Made by a program: the position numbers and the translations under genes
Assembly: GCF_963676685.1 (NCBI RefSeq)
Contig: NC_092346.1
Coordinates: 55,552,001-55,616,000, forward strand
DNA: 64,000 nucleotides
From: Mytilus edulis
Lineage: Eukaryota
Direction of reading: 5' to 3'
Shown: piece after piece, positions 12,258 through 24,929 of the stretch
Numbering within the stretch: position 1 is the stretch's first letter
How the letters are laid out: the number at the start of each line of letters is the position of its first letter
The notes under the pieces: generated by a model
What the model saw: only the letters and a program-made list of their open reading frames with translations
What the model was told of the DNA's origin: nothing
Databases searched by the model: none

Positions 12258-13006
12258 TGTTCTGTTTGTATATCATATTTATTATCAGTAATTAATTACT
12301 TTCATTTTTGAGAACTTTAATTGTTCACTTTCATTTTGACCTTATGTGATTGTACTTTCACTTTCACTTTAAAGTTACTTTCACTTTCACTTTCACTTTT
12401 ACTTTTGTTGATATCCTGTTTCCTGTTTTGAATTGTGAACCACAATGACATTGGACCAATGTTAAACTTTATCAAGCTGTAGCTTTATCATCCGTTTATG
12501 GCAAACCACTATGTAAGTTAAATATTTATAACTAAGGTTTATATTTTGTATGTGCATATTTATTTTTGATGCAAATAAGTTAATTATGAAGTTCTAGAGC
12601 AAAGTATTTACATTCATTTTTCCTATGATATTTTGAGTAAGGAACCCCGTCTGAGCTATATTTCTAGTGTTTATGCTAAAGCATTTGGCAAGTTTTAATA
12701 CTTCATAGCACATTCATTTATTTGGTTTGATATTGAAGTTGTTAAATGCTGTTTTTTGTATCTACTAAACTTACTTAACTATATCAATTTTAAGCAAGAA
12801 CATTACACTTATATTGTTGTATTTTTGGTTCAATATAATAGCCTTTCCAAATATTATATGGTATTTTCATTCTTGTTGCAGCTTTTTACCTGCATACACA
12901 ATTGTCTATATACATTCATGCCAGAATTAGGAATAAACTTTAATATGAGCAATGGTGTTTTAGTTAACTGTATGGTTATCTATCTGCTGAGTACCTTAGC
13001 GGAATA
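12258..13006 (+). repeat. 3' LTR (749 bp)
   Basis: Near-identical to 1940-2682 and followed by TSD TTGAA. Confidence 0.96.
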
Positions 13007-13741
13007 TTGAAAGCGTATTGATATGACCTCCAATTATAACCCTTATAGCTGGAGATAGTTTACGCATGTATTCAATTATTCAAATTAAATATTATTGATT
13101 TATTGAAGCATTTTGAGTGGACAAAACAAATTTTACTATAAATGTGAAAATGCAAAAATAACACGAAATGCACTTAAAATTTCAAATAATACATTGAGTC
13201 ATTTTTACAGTTGCAGTTACGTTATCAAACGTGTATTGTGGCATACATTGACTAACTTAGAAAAGTGTTGTTATAGTTATTCACATCCTTATTTTGTAAA
13301 CCCTTTGTTATCACTGACATTGGGGTTTTCAAATCAAATATTATTGATTTAATTTTGGTGCCCATAATTGAAACAAATTGCCTAATTTCCAACTAGAATC
13401 CGATTGATTTAAATTTTAGTGCCTAATTTTGAAAATGATCGTATTTTTCCAAACTGAAACCGATTGATATCATCTATGTTGCCTTTATTTCATAAAGATT
13501 GTCTTTTTTTAATTGGGCACTGATTGGTATACCTTTGGTGCCTATATTTGAGAAAGACTGACTTATTTGTATATTTGAGAACGATTGTCTTCTTTCCGAC
13601 TGGATTTCGTTCAATTGGTTGATAATTTTATTAGCACGTAAAATTGATAGTATCGCTTCATTTTTTTCTCCTAATACTTGATAACTAGAAGACTTGTGTA
13701 GAGAGATTGTAAAAAAAACCTCCAAAACATATACAAAGTGT

Positions 13742-14250
13742 CATAAAAGAGGGACAAAACATATCAGGGGAACATTCAAACTCATAAATCGAAAATAAAT
13801 TGACAACGCCATAGCTAATAAATAAAAAGACAAACAGACAAACAATATAGTACACAAAACACAGTCAACATAGAAAAAAAACAAGAATGTGTCCAAAGTA
13901 CACGGATGCCCCACTCGCACTATCATTTTCCATGTTCGATGGACCGTGAAAATGGGTAAAAAATATAATTAGGCATTAAAATTAGAAAGATCATATCATA
14001 GGGAACATATGTACTAAGTTTCAAGTTGATTGGACTTCAGCTTCATCAAAAACTACCTTGACCAAAAACTTTAACCTGAAGCGGGACAGACGGACGGACG
14101 AACGAACGGACGCACAGACCAGAAAACATAATGCCCCTCTACTATCGTAGGTGGGGCATAATAAAGACCAGCTAGGCAACACGAATGCTCTTGAAGGGTA
14201 GGCAGCTCCTGCTTCACATGTAACACCCGTCGTGTTGCTAACTCTTATAC
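13742..14250 (-). mobile_element. 3' tail of a Penelope-like element family, split by a HINE insertion
   Basis: 13742-13878 and 14165-14250 are reverse-complement homologues of the tail at ~47960-48103 (CACGACGGGTG..ACATGTG..GCAGG..TACCCTT). Confidence 0.6.
13879..14164. mobile_element. Helentron-associated (HINE/DINE-1-like) non-autonomous element
   Basis: Subterminal ATGCCCCAC/GTGGGGCAT, a GGAC/GAAC microsatellite, terminal hairpin ATGCCCCTCTAC-TATC-GTAGGTGGGGCAT and A-rich flanks. Confidence 0.75.
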
Positions 14251-15193
14251 AAAATGATATAATCAAAATGGCACAACAATGTGGTCAACTACACATGATA
14301 TCAAACAACCATACTAAGTAAAATTGATTTTTATATAATACAATCTGAGAAAGTTTGTGTTCACTAGGTGTTATTGTCACACAAAAAAATACAGTTTGAC
14401 TGTCCCTTTGGTATCTTTCGTCACTGTTTTATTGCACACTTATTTAAGAAAATAGCGATAGTGTGGGCTCAAATAACACGAATATATATAATGGCTACCT
14501 ATTTTGCATCAATTATTTCGATTCTGATTAGGATAATTAAGGTAATTTCTATGTCCGATGTGTATAAGTGTACAGCGTTTGTGAAGGCTCTTCCACGAAT
14601 TATTTTCAGAGGGAGGGGTTTTTAACAGAGAGCATGAACGGTTGTCGTATCTAGGTCAAATATGTCAATTTCGAATTGCAACACGTTAGTCATAATAAAT
14701 GAATTATTAACAACATGTGCATCATTTAAAAGAGTTTGGAAGTGTTTTAGGTAAAAAATATATTAAATGCATGCCAATTTGATTTTTTTTGCAGTATAGT
14801 CAATATACGCACGTGCAAACCAATTTTATTGGATTTAGAGCATGTGTTTATTCACATAGCGAATGAAGCACGTCATATAAGAATTTTTAAATATAATTGT
14901 AGAAATTTAAAACCTTTAACGAGCAGAATTTGTTTTAATAATCGGCAAGGTGTAGCTTAGGATACTGATAGATGTAATGATGATTAAAGCACTGCAGCAG
15001 CTTATTATAGACATTTTAGTAAAATCCTTGTTCAGGTAGCAAACGAACACGCACCTACCAAAAACAGGAAAATGTTGCCAGGACATATATCATATATGAA
15101 TAAAGAATTATTAGTTTGTATAAAAACAGAATGATATACAACAGGTTAACGCTAAAACAAACTGGAAAGCGTATAAAGCTCAAAGAAATGTGT

Positions 15194-15622
15194 CTGCCCT
15201 ATGGTCGGGTTGTTGTCTCTTTTGACACATTCCACATTTTGATTCTTAATTTTATTTGTAACCAAATTTAATAAAAAAAAAAAAATTGTAAACACTTTCG
15301 TTATTGAAAGATGTACAAGTGACCCTAAGACAAAACAGATATCTGACTTAGAGTTAAACTATTTCTTACAAACAAAGGGTGCGCCAATAACAAAAACATC
15401 ATTTTACAAGAGACATGGCTATAGAGAACAATCAGGGGGAAATATGCGAGATCTTTAAAAACTTTTTTTAACGTAATCAATAAAATTGAGAATGGAAATG
15501 GGGAATGTGTCAAAGAGACAACAACCCGCCCAAATAAAAAACAACAGCAGAGGGTCACCAACAGGTCTTCAATGTAGCGAGAAATTCCCGCACCCGGAGG
15601 CGTCCTTCAGCTGGCCCCTAAA
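15194..15622. repeat. Two oppositely oriented fragments of an abundant dispersed repeat (another copy at 17492-17836)
   Basis: GGTCGGGTTGTTGTCTCTTT..ACACATT (+, ~15203) and AATAAAATTGAGAATGGAAATGGGGAATGTGTC (-, ~15479). Confidence 0.7.
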
Positions 15623-16565
15623 GAACATAGGGATAACAACATTGTTATCGATGGAAAGAATCCAGGTATTGATAATCAATGAAGCAATCATAAAAAATTG
15701 TCAAGATTGTCATAATCAGAAAAACTTAAATAAATGAAATAAATGTTTCGAAAAAGCTCCACGTATTACTACACTGCTAAAACTAAAGAAATAAACCCAA
15801 TGACTGATTTGTAAATTGTCTTTGTCTACTCAAGTTTTTTCTAGACTCACTTCATAAAACATTATTTTTGCAAAGAATAGTTACAAGCACGTGAGTGTGC
15901 TCCTTCAATTGAATTGTTTGTTTTTAGACAGCCAGTGAGACTTTGGCGTCATTTCAAGGTTTTTAATTCATTTTTTCCCTGTAATTTAGATTAGGTTTTG
16001 ACTTTATTAAATAAAGTCGACTTTATTAAACATAATTATCAATCGAAGACTGGAAAGGCCCTATACAATGATAAATACCTGGCAGCAATATTGGTGGATA
16101 AGCTTTTGATTGCTTGCCTCATGTCTTAATACTTACTGTGCTGAGACACAATGGTTTAAGTGAATCTAAATGTATTCAATGGCTATCTGACTCGTAGAAA
16201 ACAATGTGTCAAAATTGGTCAAACGTTAAGTATTAATGAAATGCTTGATATAAATAAAGGTGTACCACAGGGTTCTTTACTAGGTCCAGTCTTATTAAAC
16301 ATTTTTATCAACGATATTATTCTTTTTGTAAAAAAAAAAACACTGTGACTTGTCTCATTATGCTTATGACAATATCCATTCCGAAATATGGCCCTTCTTT
16401 GGACTCAGTAATTAAACCTTGAAGTAAGACAGTCACTGTTGGGCTCTCTAATGTTAAGGCATTTAAACAAAATACATGCCTAGGCTAAAAATTACAAGCC
16501 GCAGAAATTCATAATATATAACAACACATACAAACACCATTGCCTTCAATTTAAATTGCCCCTAA

Positions 16566-16958
16566 AGTGACTGGAGATTAGAAATATGATCACTTAGGTC
16601 TTTTTCAGACCGGAAGTAAAAGTCTTTAGCTTGCCGAAGTGTAACGTCCCCTTGGATTGGTGGATATACAAGTACACAGCCACGTCCTCTCTGGTACGTT
16701 TAATTCCGAAGTCTCGTGTAAAGAGAGTGTCGTCATGAACCATTGCAACAACTCTTTGAGGGGTCCGTAGGTGGTCTGTTGCAAGGCTTCATTTCCTATC
16801 CAGTATGCAAGTGACAATCCAAATACCCCGATCTTCATTCCGGATGGCCTCTATCACAGGACCTACATATTGTTTGCAATGTTTTAATTTGTTATTGTCA
16901 TGAATATGCATGAAATATTTGCCACTGGACGTTGAGTATCTAACAATCAATCAATCAA
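16566..16958 (+). mobile_element. Probable SINE, 3' part
   Basis: GC-richer block ending TGCCACTGGACGTTGAG..CAATCAATCAATCAA, a simple-repeat tail typical of SINEs. No clear A/B boxes seen. Confidence 0.45.
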
Positions 16959-17178
16959 CTTAAATAAATGCACTACCAAATGTGATCATTGGGTTAAGCT
17001 ACTTTGAGTGACCATTGATTTTAATCTGAACTTTTGCCAACACACTTCGAACATATTATATATATAAAAAAAAAAAAAAAAAAGCAGACATATTATTAAT
17101 TGTTTTGAAAAAAGAAACTATCATAAATTACCATTTATAACTTATTCGCCATATCAAATCTATGATACTGTGCACTAA

Positions 17179-17417
17179 GGGGCGACATCAAAAGATCGAT
17201 GAAGGATAAAAAAAAACTTAATTCACATAGTGTTTTCACTGACCCCCCCCCCCCCCCCCCCCCCCTCTTAACTTAATTTGGGAAAAATTGATTGACCAAT
17301 AGGGATATATGTAAAATCGATTTTAGATTAACAATACTTGAAGCAATGTTGACCCCCCACCCCCAAACTATTTGATTTAAGTTTTTTTATCCTACATCGA
17401 TCTTTTGATGTCATCCC
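17179..17417. mobile_element. PIF/Harbinger-type MITE
   Basis: ~40-bp TIR GGG..GACATCAAAAGATCGATG.AGGATAAAAAAA with TAA on both flanks. Second copy at 60237-60432. Confidence 0.85.
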
Positions 17418-18171
17418 TAACACGGCAGCTTTGTAGCGAGCGCAACACAAACAAAATTGAACCGCAAGAACGAGCGACTAAATTAATTTACAATAAAATT
17501 GAGAATGGAAATTGGGAATGTGCCAAACAGGCAACAACCCGACCATAGAAAAAAACAACAGCAGAAGTTCACCAACAGGTCTTCAATGTAGCGAGAAATT
17601 CCAGCACCCGGAGGCGTCCTTCAGCTGGCCCCTAAACAAATATATACTAGTTCAGTGATAATGAACGCCATACTAATTTCCAAATTGTACACAAGAAACT
17701 AAAATTAAAATAATACAAGACTAACAAAGACCAGAGGCTCCTGACTTGGTCAGTCGCAAAAATGCGGCGGGGTTAAACATGTTTGTGAGATCTTAACCCT
17801 CCCCCTATACCTCTAGCCAATGTAGAAAAGTAAATAACTGTTACAACACAAACGAACACTTACTGTGTTGTTATAGTTATTGTAAATTAATATAAACGCT
17901 TGTTCTTGCGGTTTAATTCAATCTAATTCATATGTAGTACAACGTAATCAGAGATCAATATTTTAATTAGATTTGGTTTAATTTTGTTTCGAAATGTTCA
18001 TCGGAAAGTAGCATACCAAGATATAATGATAGATAAATATGCAGTGTCTACTCCACAGATAAAACAGGACGGTTTCTATTTAAAAATTATAGGTGCTGAA
18101 GTTGTTTTTTTTTTTATTTACTCGACAGTTTGTTTTTGTGCGTGCTGATAATTTCTTTTTTTTTGTACGAC

Positions 18172-19215
18172 TCTTAAAAAGTAAAATCACAAAAAAACTG
18201 AACTGCGAGGAAAATCCAAAACGGATAGTCCCTAATCAAATGTCAAAATTAAATGATAAAACACAGCAAACGAATGGACAACAACTGTCATATTCCTGAC
18301 TTGGTACAGCTTTTTCTTATGTGTTATAGCTAGCTTAACCTCTAACTTATATGATAGTCGCACAAAATTCCATTATATTGAAAACGATATGTAAACAAAA
18401 CAGACATATTAAAAAGGTAAAAATGTTAAAAATAAAAAGTAGGGTACAGCCGTCAAAATTGTGCTATCGATTCATCCTAATCACTATAAAAATAAACAAA
18501 TAATTATGTAAACAAACATTTACAATGCCACAATAACACAATTACGGGATGTATAAGTATAGAGCCACGTCACATGTAACAAAGAGAAAAAAGGTCGTAC
18601 AGTCAAATCATGTTAGAAAAAATGAATGACAAGAATACAATAATTATCATAGAATATTCACACAATGACGGGATGTCAAGTACAGAGTTACGTCACATGT
18701 AACATAGAAACACAAAAACCATAAAGACAAACCTTGATAACAAAAATGAAGGACAGGAATACAAAATTAACATGGAACAATAACACAATGACGGGTTGTA
18801 TAAGTACAGAGCCACGTCATATGTATATGTACCAAAGAACACTAAAAGGCATATAGACAAATCATATTAGCAAAAATAAAAGACAAGAATACACAGGAAA
18901 TCATATAAAATAACACAATGACGGGCTGTATAAGTACAGAGCAACGTCATATATAACATAGAAACACAATAATCCATGTAGGCAAAGGATATAAAAAAAA
19001 GCACGAACGACAAGAATACAAAAATTATCATAGAACAGTAACACGGTGACGGAATGTGCAAGCACAGAACCAAGTCAAACGGATACCATCAAAACACACT
19101 AAACAGAAAAAGTGATATCTATAAAGACAAATAAAAGAATACTATAACACGTTATTTTAAAAGATGCCAAACAACGTCAACACCTAGATCCTATACTTTA
19201 AAACCATCGTGTATT
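18172..19215 (-). repeat. Dispersed repeat containing five ~125-bp tandem units
   Basis: Core ACACAATGACGGGATGTATAAGTACAGAGCCACGTCA at ~18535, 18661, 18783, 18913 and 19041. The left end matches the reverse complement of 26882-26949. Confidence 0.75.
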
Positions 19216-20397
19216 TCGTGTATTAAGGTGATACTGAATGTTTTTCAATGTGATTAAATCCATCAAGTTATTAAACGGGTTTGGGCTTTTATTTGGCCGT
19301 TCCTAGTGCAGGTACATTGTAGGCGATTCGGAAGCAAGAGTTTTTACACTGTTGTTTTCATATTGTTTACCAACGTCTTTATATTTTACTTAATTTGAAC
19401 ATTGACGATAAAGTGTGTACTATAAAGTACACAATCTTTTTTGGTCGCTGTCTATATCAAATTTACTATAAACTACAAAAACGTTTTTGTTGGCGTCTTT
19501 GTTAGATTTATATATGTGTGTTTGTTTCGACAGTAGTGTTGTATGTATGTGATGTATAGTAACACAGTTTCAGCTGCTAGGTCCAAATTATTGTAACTTT
19601 GACCTATAACGTCTTTTTGATTTGCTCATCAAAATGTGTTAATATAACAAAACTATCATGTAAGTGAGAGGTTGAGCTAACTATAAAACCAGATTAAACC
19701 CTGCTTTTTTTCCGGGAAATGCCTGTACCAAGTCAGGAATAGGACTTGTTTTCCATCCATTTGGTTGTTTTGATTATGTCAGTTTTTATGGATTTCATCC
19801 TTTTGAATTTAACTTGGAGTTCAGTTTTTTGCTTTATTTTTTTTTTTGTCTCTTTAAATTGTCAGCTATTTCGTAAGATGTGTTTGTTTGCTTTGATACG
19901 TTTTTGCCTGTCATGTTATGCAGGTGTTTTATAAATATGTGTGCTGTACTTTGTACTGTGTGCTTATGGTTGTTATTTGCGTTTAAAATTTAAGTCGATT
20001 TAAGAGATTTACAGAGCTCCTGTTACCATCATGGTAAATTGTATGCAGATTTTGTACCACTGTAAAAAAAATACTTACTTAATAACAAACACGCCTTTTG
20101 GAAAGAAGGGATACGTTTTTCAGCATCTGAGTATAATAATTGATATCACTTTTTTTACTTTTTCCTCTTCTTTCACTTTGAAATTTTGTATAGCATAGGG
20201 ATTTTACTGCATTTTATGCAGATTAGTCACGTCATTAGTGTGTCCCACTAAACCAAAATCTTGTACTTTAATGACATTTCTAATGTTACTAGTTTCTCTT
20301 GTACTTGTAATGCGATGGCCATTCGTCAATATCAAATCAGTTGGAAAAGAAACATTTAAACTTTACATTTGTTTTACGAGAAATGAAGAACTTTACA

Positions 20398-23023
20398 CAC
20401 GGTGGGTATAAGGTTATCCTGCGAGAGAACGTACTGTGCTGGTGATTCGGTCCTGACGGGTGCTGGTGGGTCCTGATTCTGTGCTGGTGGGTTTGTTTAC
20501 ATTGTATCAGAACGGCTTGTTGCTTATTTTTTTTCTCTGATACGTCATACCATGCAAAGAATATTACAAATGCTTTATTGCAAAAGTCGTGCAAGTTCGC
20601 CAAACGAAACTGTCCTGACGCCGTGCTGGTGATTAGAAAAACGGTCCTGGTTCTGTGCTCCAATGCCCTGGTTCTGTGCCGTTATATTTTAGTCAAAAGT
20701 GGCAAATATTCAAGATCATTGATGTTTAACTGTAATTGACTAATTAGCTGTTATCTGTTTTCTTAAAATTGACATTGTTGTGAATCTGTTTACTTTTATT
20801 TTGAAAAAAAATGACCCATAATGTTTTAATTTACTGTTTTCTATTTTCTCATAGAAGATGATTTAAAAGCTGTTATCGGTTATCAATATATTAATGAACT
20901 AAAATATAAAAAAAATCCCATACAAGACTTACAAAGCCAAGAGTCCCCTGACTTGGGCCGGGCGCTAAAATGTTTTGGGGATTTAACATGTTTTGTAAGA
21001 ATCAGACACAAACAAAGTTGATCAAGGCAAACAATCAGGTGAGCCTGAACACTTCTTAGATGAGTTTAGATAATAAATTCAATGTTATCTAAGCATCTTG
21101 AATATTGTTTCTCTGACAAATTTGTACAATACTGCAGATACTTTACTTTTTAATAAGTTTATTCAAAGGGTTTGTTAGTTTTTGAGGTGAATACTGACAC
21201 CTTTCAACTAATAGATAAAGCAAGTTCTCTTAGATAAAAATTTCATTCGTACCGAAAACTATTTAGAATTTAATGCAACGAAGGTTTAAAGTCTTTCGCC
21301 AAAAAATACTATCAATTTCTTCTTATCCTATGTTAACCTCCATCCAATCTCCATCCCTTCATGATCATTAAATTGAAATGTAAAACACTTCTTGGTATCT
21401 TCGAAATTCAAAATGCCGATTTATACATATTAGTCATGACAATAACTGTTGTGAGCACAAGATTCACTGCACACTTTTAAAGTATTGCTTTATCAAAAAT
21501 TAACATGTATGATCGGTACGAATGAAATTTTTATCTAAGAGAACTTGCTTTATCTATTAGTTGAAAATGCAGCTTTGAACTAGCTTTCACTAGCTGCGAG
21601 TATTCGTTGTTCAATAATGTGTGTCTTAATGTTATTATTTTATGTGATAAATTGTTGTGTTGTTACACGACTGATGAAATGAAGGAGGAAAGGAGGAGGA
21701 TTTGGTAGAAGGTGTGTGTTGAGCGCAAACAAACATATTAATAACTATGCGGTATAAGCTTTGTTCATTGTTGAAGGCCGTACAGTTACCTATAGTTGTT
21801 TTAAAATTTCTGTGTCATTTTGGTCTTTTGTGGAGAGTTGTCCCATTGGCAATTATGTCACATCTTCTTTGTTATATGTTAAGTCCTGTCAAAAGTGCTC
21901 TAAACAAGTGGTTGTCGATGGTCGCTTTCTCTCATATTTTGTTGTAGTTAAAATCAGCCGAAATTATTCACTTTTTATCGTTTACATCTTTATAGCTAGT
22001 ATTCGTTATGGTTTTTGCTCATTGTTGCAGGTCATACTTTGAATGCAATTGTTCACATCTTGTTTCATTCTAGTTAGTTTTTATGAGTCATGTATGAAGA
22101 GCAAGTCTAGGTCGGTTTTTGTTTTATCCAGTCGAAATTTATTGGAGACAGTGTATTTATTAAGGAAGAAATTGGAGGTACCAGTACGTATACTTAGATC
22201 GTCTTACCTCGTATATTTAACTGAAATAAACCAGTCAAACCTTAATGCCAATATAAGTCCCCCTCTTCTTAATGTCGCTTTACTTTAATCACCTTTTAAA
22301 ACTGTTAAAGTTAACATATTATGTAGAGAATCACCAATTCAAGGGCATTTAGTATCTTAAATAAAACTATTCTAATTAGATAAATTTTCATCTGATATTG
22401 GACGGAATATGTTGCCCATTTATGTAATATAAGTTACGATTATTTGAAAACGCTTATAATGGATGCACAAAAGTATAAAAAGGAGTCACAGATCCGATTG
22501 AATACAATTATCAGCCCACTTTATTGATTTTGTAACATTTGTTTCAAATATGAAAAACTTTTTACCCAAAATCACCAGCACCATATCAGGACCCACCAGC
22601 ACAATGACAGGATCCACCAGCACAGTATCAAGACATGAATAATATAAGAAAATGCAAAATTTTACTAGATTGCACTGGTTTTTCACAAAATAATTTTGTC
22701 GTGTAGATTTGGGTATTGAAAGCGGACTCCATGAGCATTTTTGTTTTATTTTTTCAGTTTAAGATTTTCTGGAAATGAGCACTTTTGTGTTACGCTTAAT
22801 TAAACAGTTTAAAGGGTCAACTTTTGAATGGTAAAAATGCCTATAAACGCCATAAGAAACAAAATTGAAAAATCTCAACCGTTTCCTTCCATTTTTTATG
22901 GGAGAAAACGTCAAAAATCATCATTTTCTTCTTTGTTTACATTTTTTCAATGATCACCAGCACCAGTCAGGACCGAATCACCAGCACAGAACGTTTTCTC
23001 GCAGGACAACCTTACCCACCGTG
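20398..23023. mobile_element. 2.6-kb non-autonomous DNA transposon with CACGGTG termini
   Basis: ~70-bp TIRs (CACGGTGGGTA..AGGTT.TCCTGCGAGA), ~21-bp GTGCTGGTG subterminal repeats, and TTTACA on both flanks. Confidence 0.88.
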
Positions 23024-23700
23024 TTTACAGTTGATCATGAATCACAGTAACTCTAATTTAATTAATTATAAGATATATTTATACATATAAATCACGATTC
23101 TCCAACAAAAAAATATTAAGCTGTATACGAAAATATCAAATGTTGAAGAAAATGTTAACACACCAGGAAGATGGAAGGTTGTCTCATTAAAAACCATATA
23201 CACATATCTCCATATCCGTACTAATCGGTGACTCATGTCAGATGTATCAACTTGGTTGACAAGACAATATAGCAAGGCTTCATTTTGAACCCATCATTTT
23301 GACGGAATAGGGAAAAAATTGCAATATCCCTTTTAATGTATACGTTAGCTTAAAAAAGCGTAAATTGTATAACTGGTACCCCATAATAAAGGCCTCATTC
23401 GTAGGAAAATGAATACGATACTACATGCTGATTTCAATGCCCGCAAGACTAAGCTTAGGTAGAAATAAGTAATAATTGTTTTATACGGAAGCCGGTTTGG
23501 CCCACATTGAAAAAAATTTGGCTATCAACCAATCAAAACCCAGGATTCTTACATAAGGTGTAATTAACATAAAAATTGAGTTATATGAGAGAAATATTTA
23601 TTAAATACCTCACCCGGCATTATACAGGTGTGAAAATTACGTTGACATGAAAATCGATCAGTGTAGGCATATGTACCAATAGTTCTCCTGAAGCGAAAAG

Positions 23701-23872
23701 ATGAACAAGAAAACAGCTCTGATTGTTTATGCTCATCCCGAGCCAAAATCGTTTAATTCAGCACTTCGCGACACAGCTGTTAAAAATCTTAACGCCCAGG
23801 GATATAATGTTTTAGTGTCCGACCTTTACGCACAACATTTTCAACCAGTGATTTCAAAAACAGATATTATAG
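23701..23872 (+). CDS. NQO1: NQO1-like NAD(P)H:quinone oxidoreductase copy A, exon 1
   Basis: MNKKTALIVYAHPEPKSFN...VSDLYAQHFQPVISKTDII, the flavodoxin-2 N-terminus. Phase-1 donor AG|GTGAGT. Confidence 0.9.
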
Positions 23873-24929
23873 GTGAGTACAGAGTAATTTTACATTTCAC
23901 TTTTAATAATATCACTCTCATTCGTTTATGTTACTCAATAAGACATGTAAATTTATCACATTAAGATTGTTAAAAAAAAATGTACATGTCTTATTGAGTA
24001 ACATACATGCAAGGGTTATACAGTGATTGATCAACACATTGGTACTTTTTTTCCTGCTCGTCATCTCAACACAGTTTTATTTGTTTTGAATGATAGCATC
24101 AGTTCAGTTAGTTTGATATTGTGTTTTTTGGGTTTTATTTAACCCCGACTCACGAAGTAACAAAAGGTATATAACAGAACGTATGCAATAAAAATCAGTA
24201 CTGAATCAAAGTATATTCAATTTTAAATTTGTTTCAAGACAATTCACTCAATTCAAAATACAAATTAATGAATCTATTTAATACCCCCCCCCCCCCCCCC
24301 CAAAAAAAAAAAAAAAAAAAACCAACCCTGACGTAATGATTGAAAAGCAAAAGTATCATTAAAACCCGGAAAATAACCATTAATTAAACGTTTTCGTTAG
24401 ATTGGGTAATTTTCGCATAAAAAGTTGTATTTCGTATACAGGTTGATTTAAGCTTGCTTGACTTTTTTTCGTTTCATTTAAAATTAATAGTAATAAAAGT
24501 AAAACATTGGAACTATTGCATTTAAGATGTTTCCATGAATTATCGTTTAATCTTGATTCCTTTTGCCATCAAAAACTTTGTTCCTGAATCTATAGATGAC
24601 TGTAACTAATGAAAAAGACAATTTTTTACAGTTTCATTTATCACATATGTATATTGATTGAAACACTCCAAACACTCTTTAATATCAGCTCTTCAATGAC
24701 AATAATAATCAGCTGGATATCGATATTAATTCATACGTGTCTGTTTCACACTTGTTACACACTAGTATAATGTATACCATTTAACATATTTATATTTGCC
24801 ATGTCTTTTAATATTTAATACTATTCAATTCAATTCAAACTTTATGGTCATATGAATCAACTTAGACTATAAACATGAATTGTATATGAAATAAACTAAA
24901 CATACTAGTATATTAATACAAATGACTTG

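Larger units (their letters stand above)
1940..13006 (+). mobile_element. Full-length degenerate BEL/Pao LTR retrotransposon with nested insertions
   Basis: Two ~745-bp LTRs, TSD TTGAA (1935-1939 and 13007-13011), and gag-PR-RT-RNaseH-IN order with BEL-type motifs. Confidence 0.96.
16030..17490 (+). mobile_element. Degenerate non-LTR retrotransposon RT fragment (CR1/L2-like), interrupted by younger elements
   Basis: YLTRRKQCVKI...GVPQGSLLGPVLLNIFIND at 16160-16348, with many stops and frameshifts. Confidence 0.7.

Noticed and set aside
18530-19080. Repeat-spacer pattern resembling a CRISPR array
   Set aside because: Spacers are homologous to each other, repeats are degenerate, the context is eukaryotic and there are no cas genes.
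23228-23238. Antioxidant response element upstream of NQO copy A
   Set aside because: TGACTCA (AP-1-like) is present but lacks the GC required for TGACnnnGC on either strand, and no counterpart was seen in copy B.
24284-24321. Long poly-C/poly-A tracts (also at ~17244 and ~58278)
   Set aside because: Simple homopolymers of unreliable length; no evidence of function.
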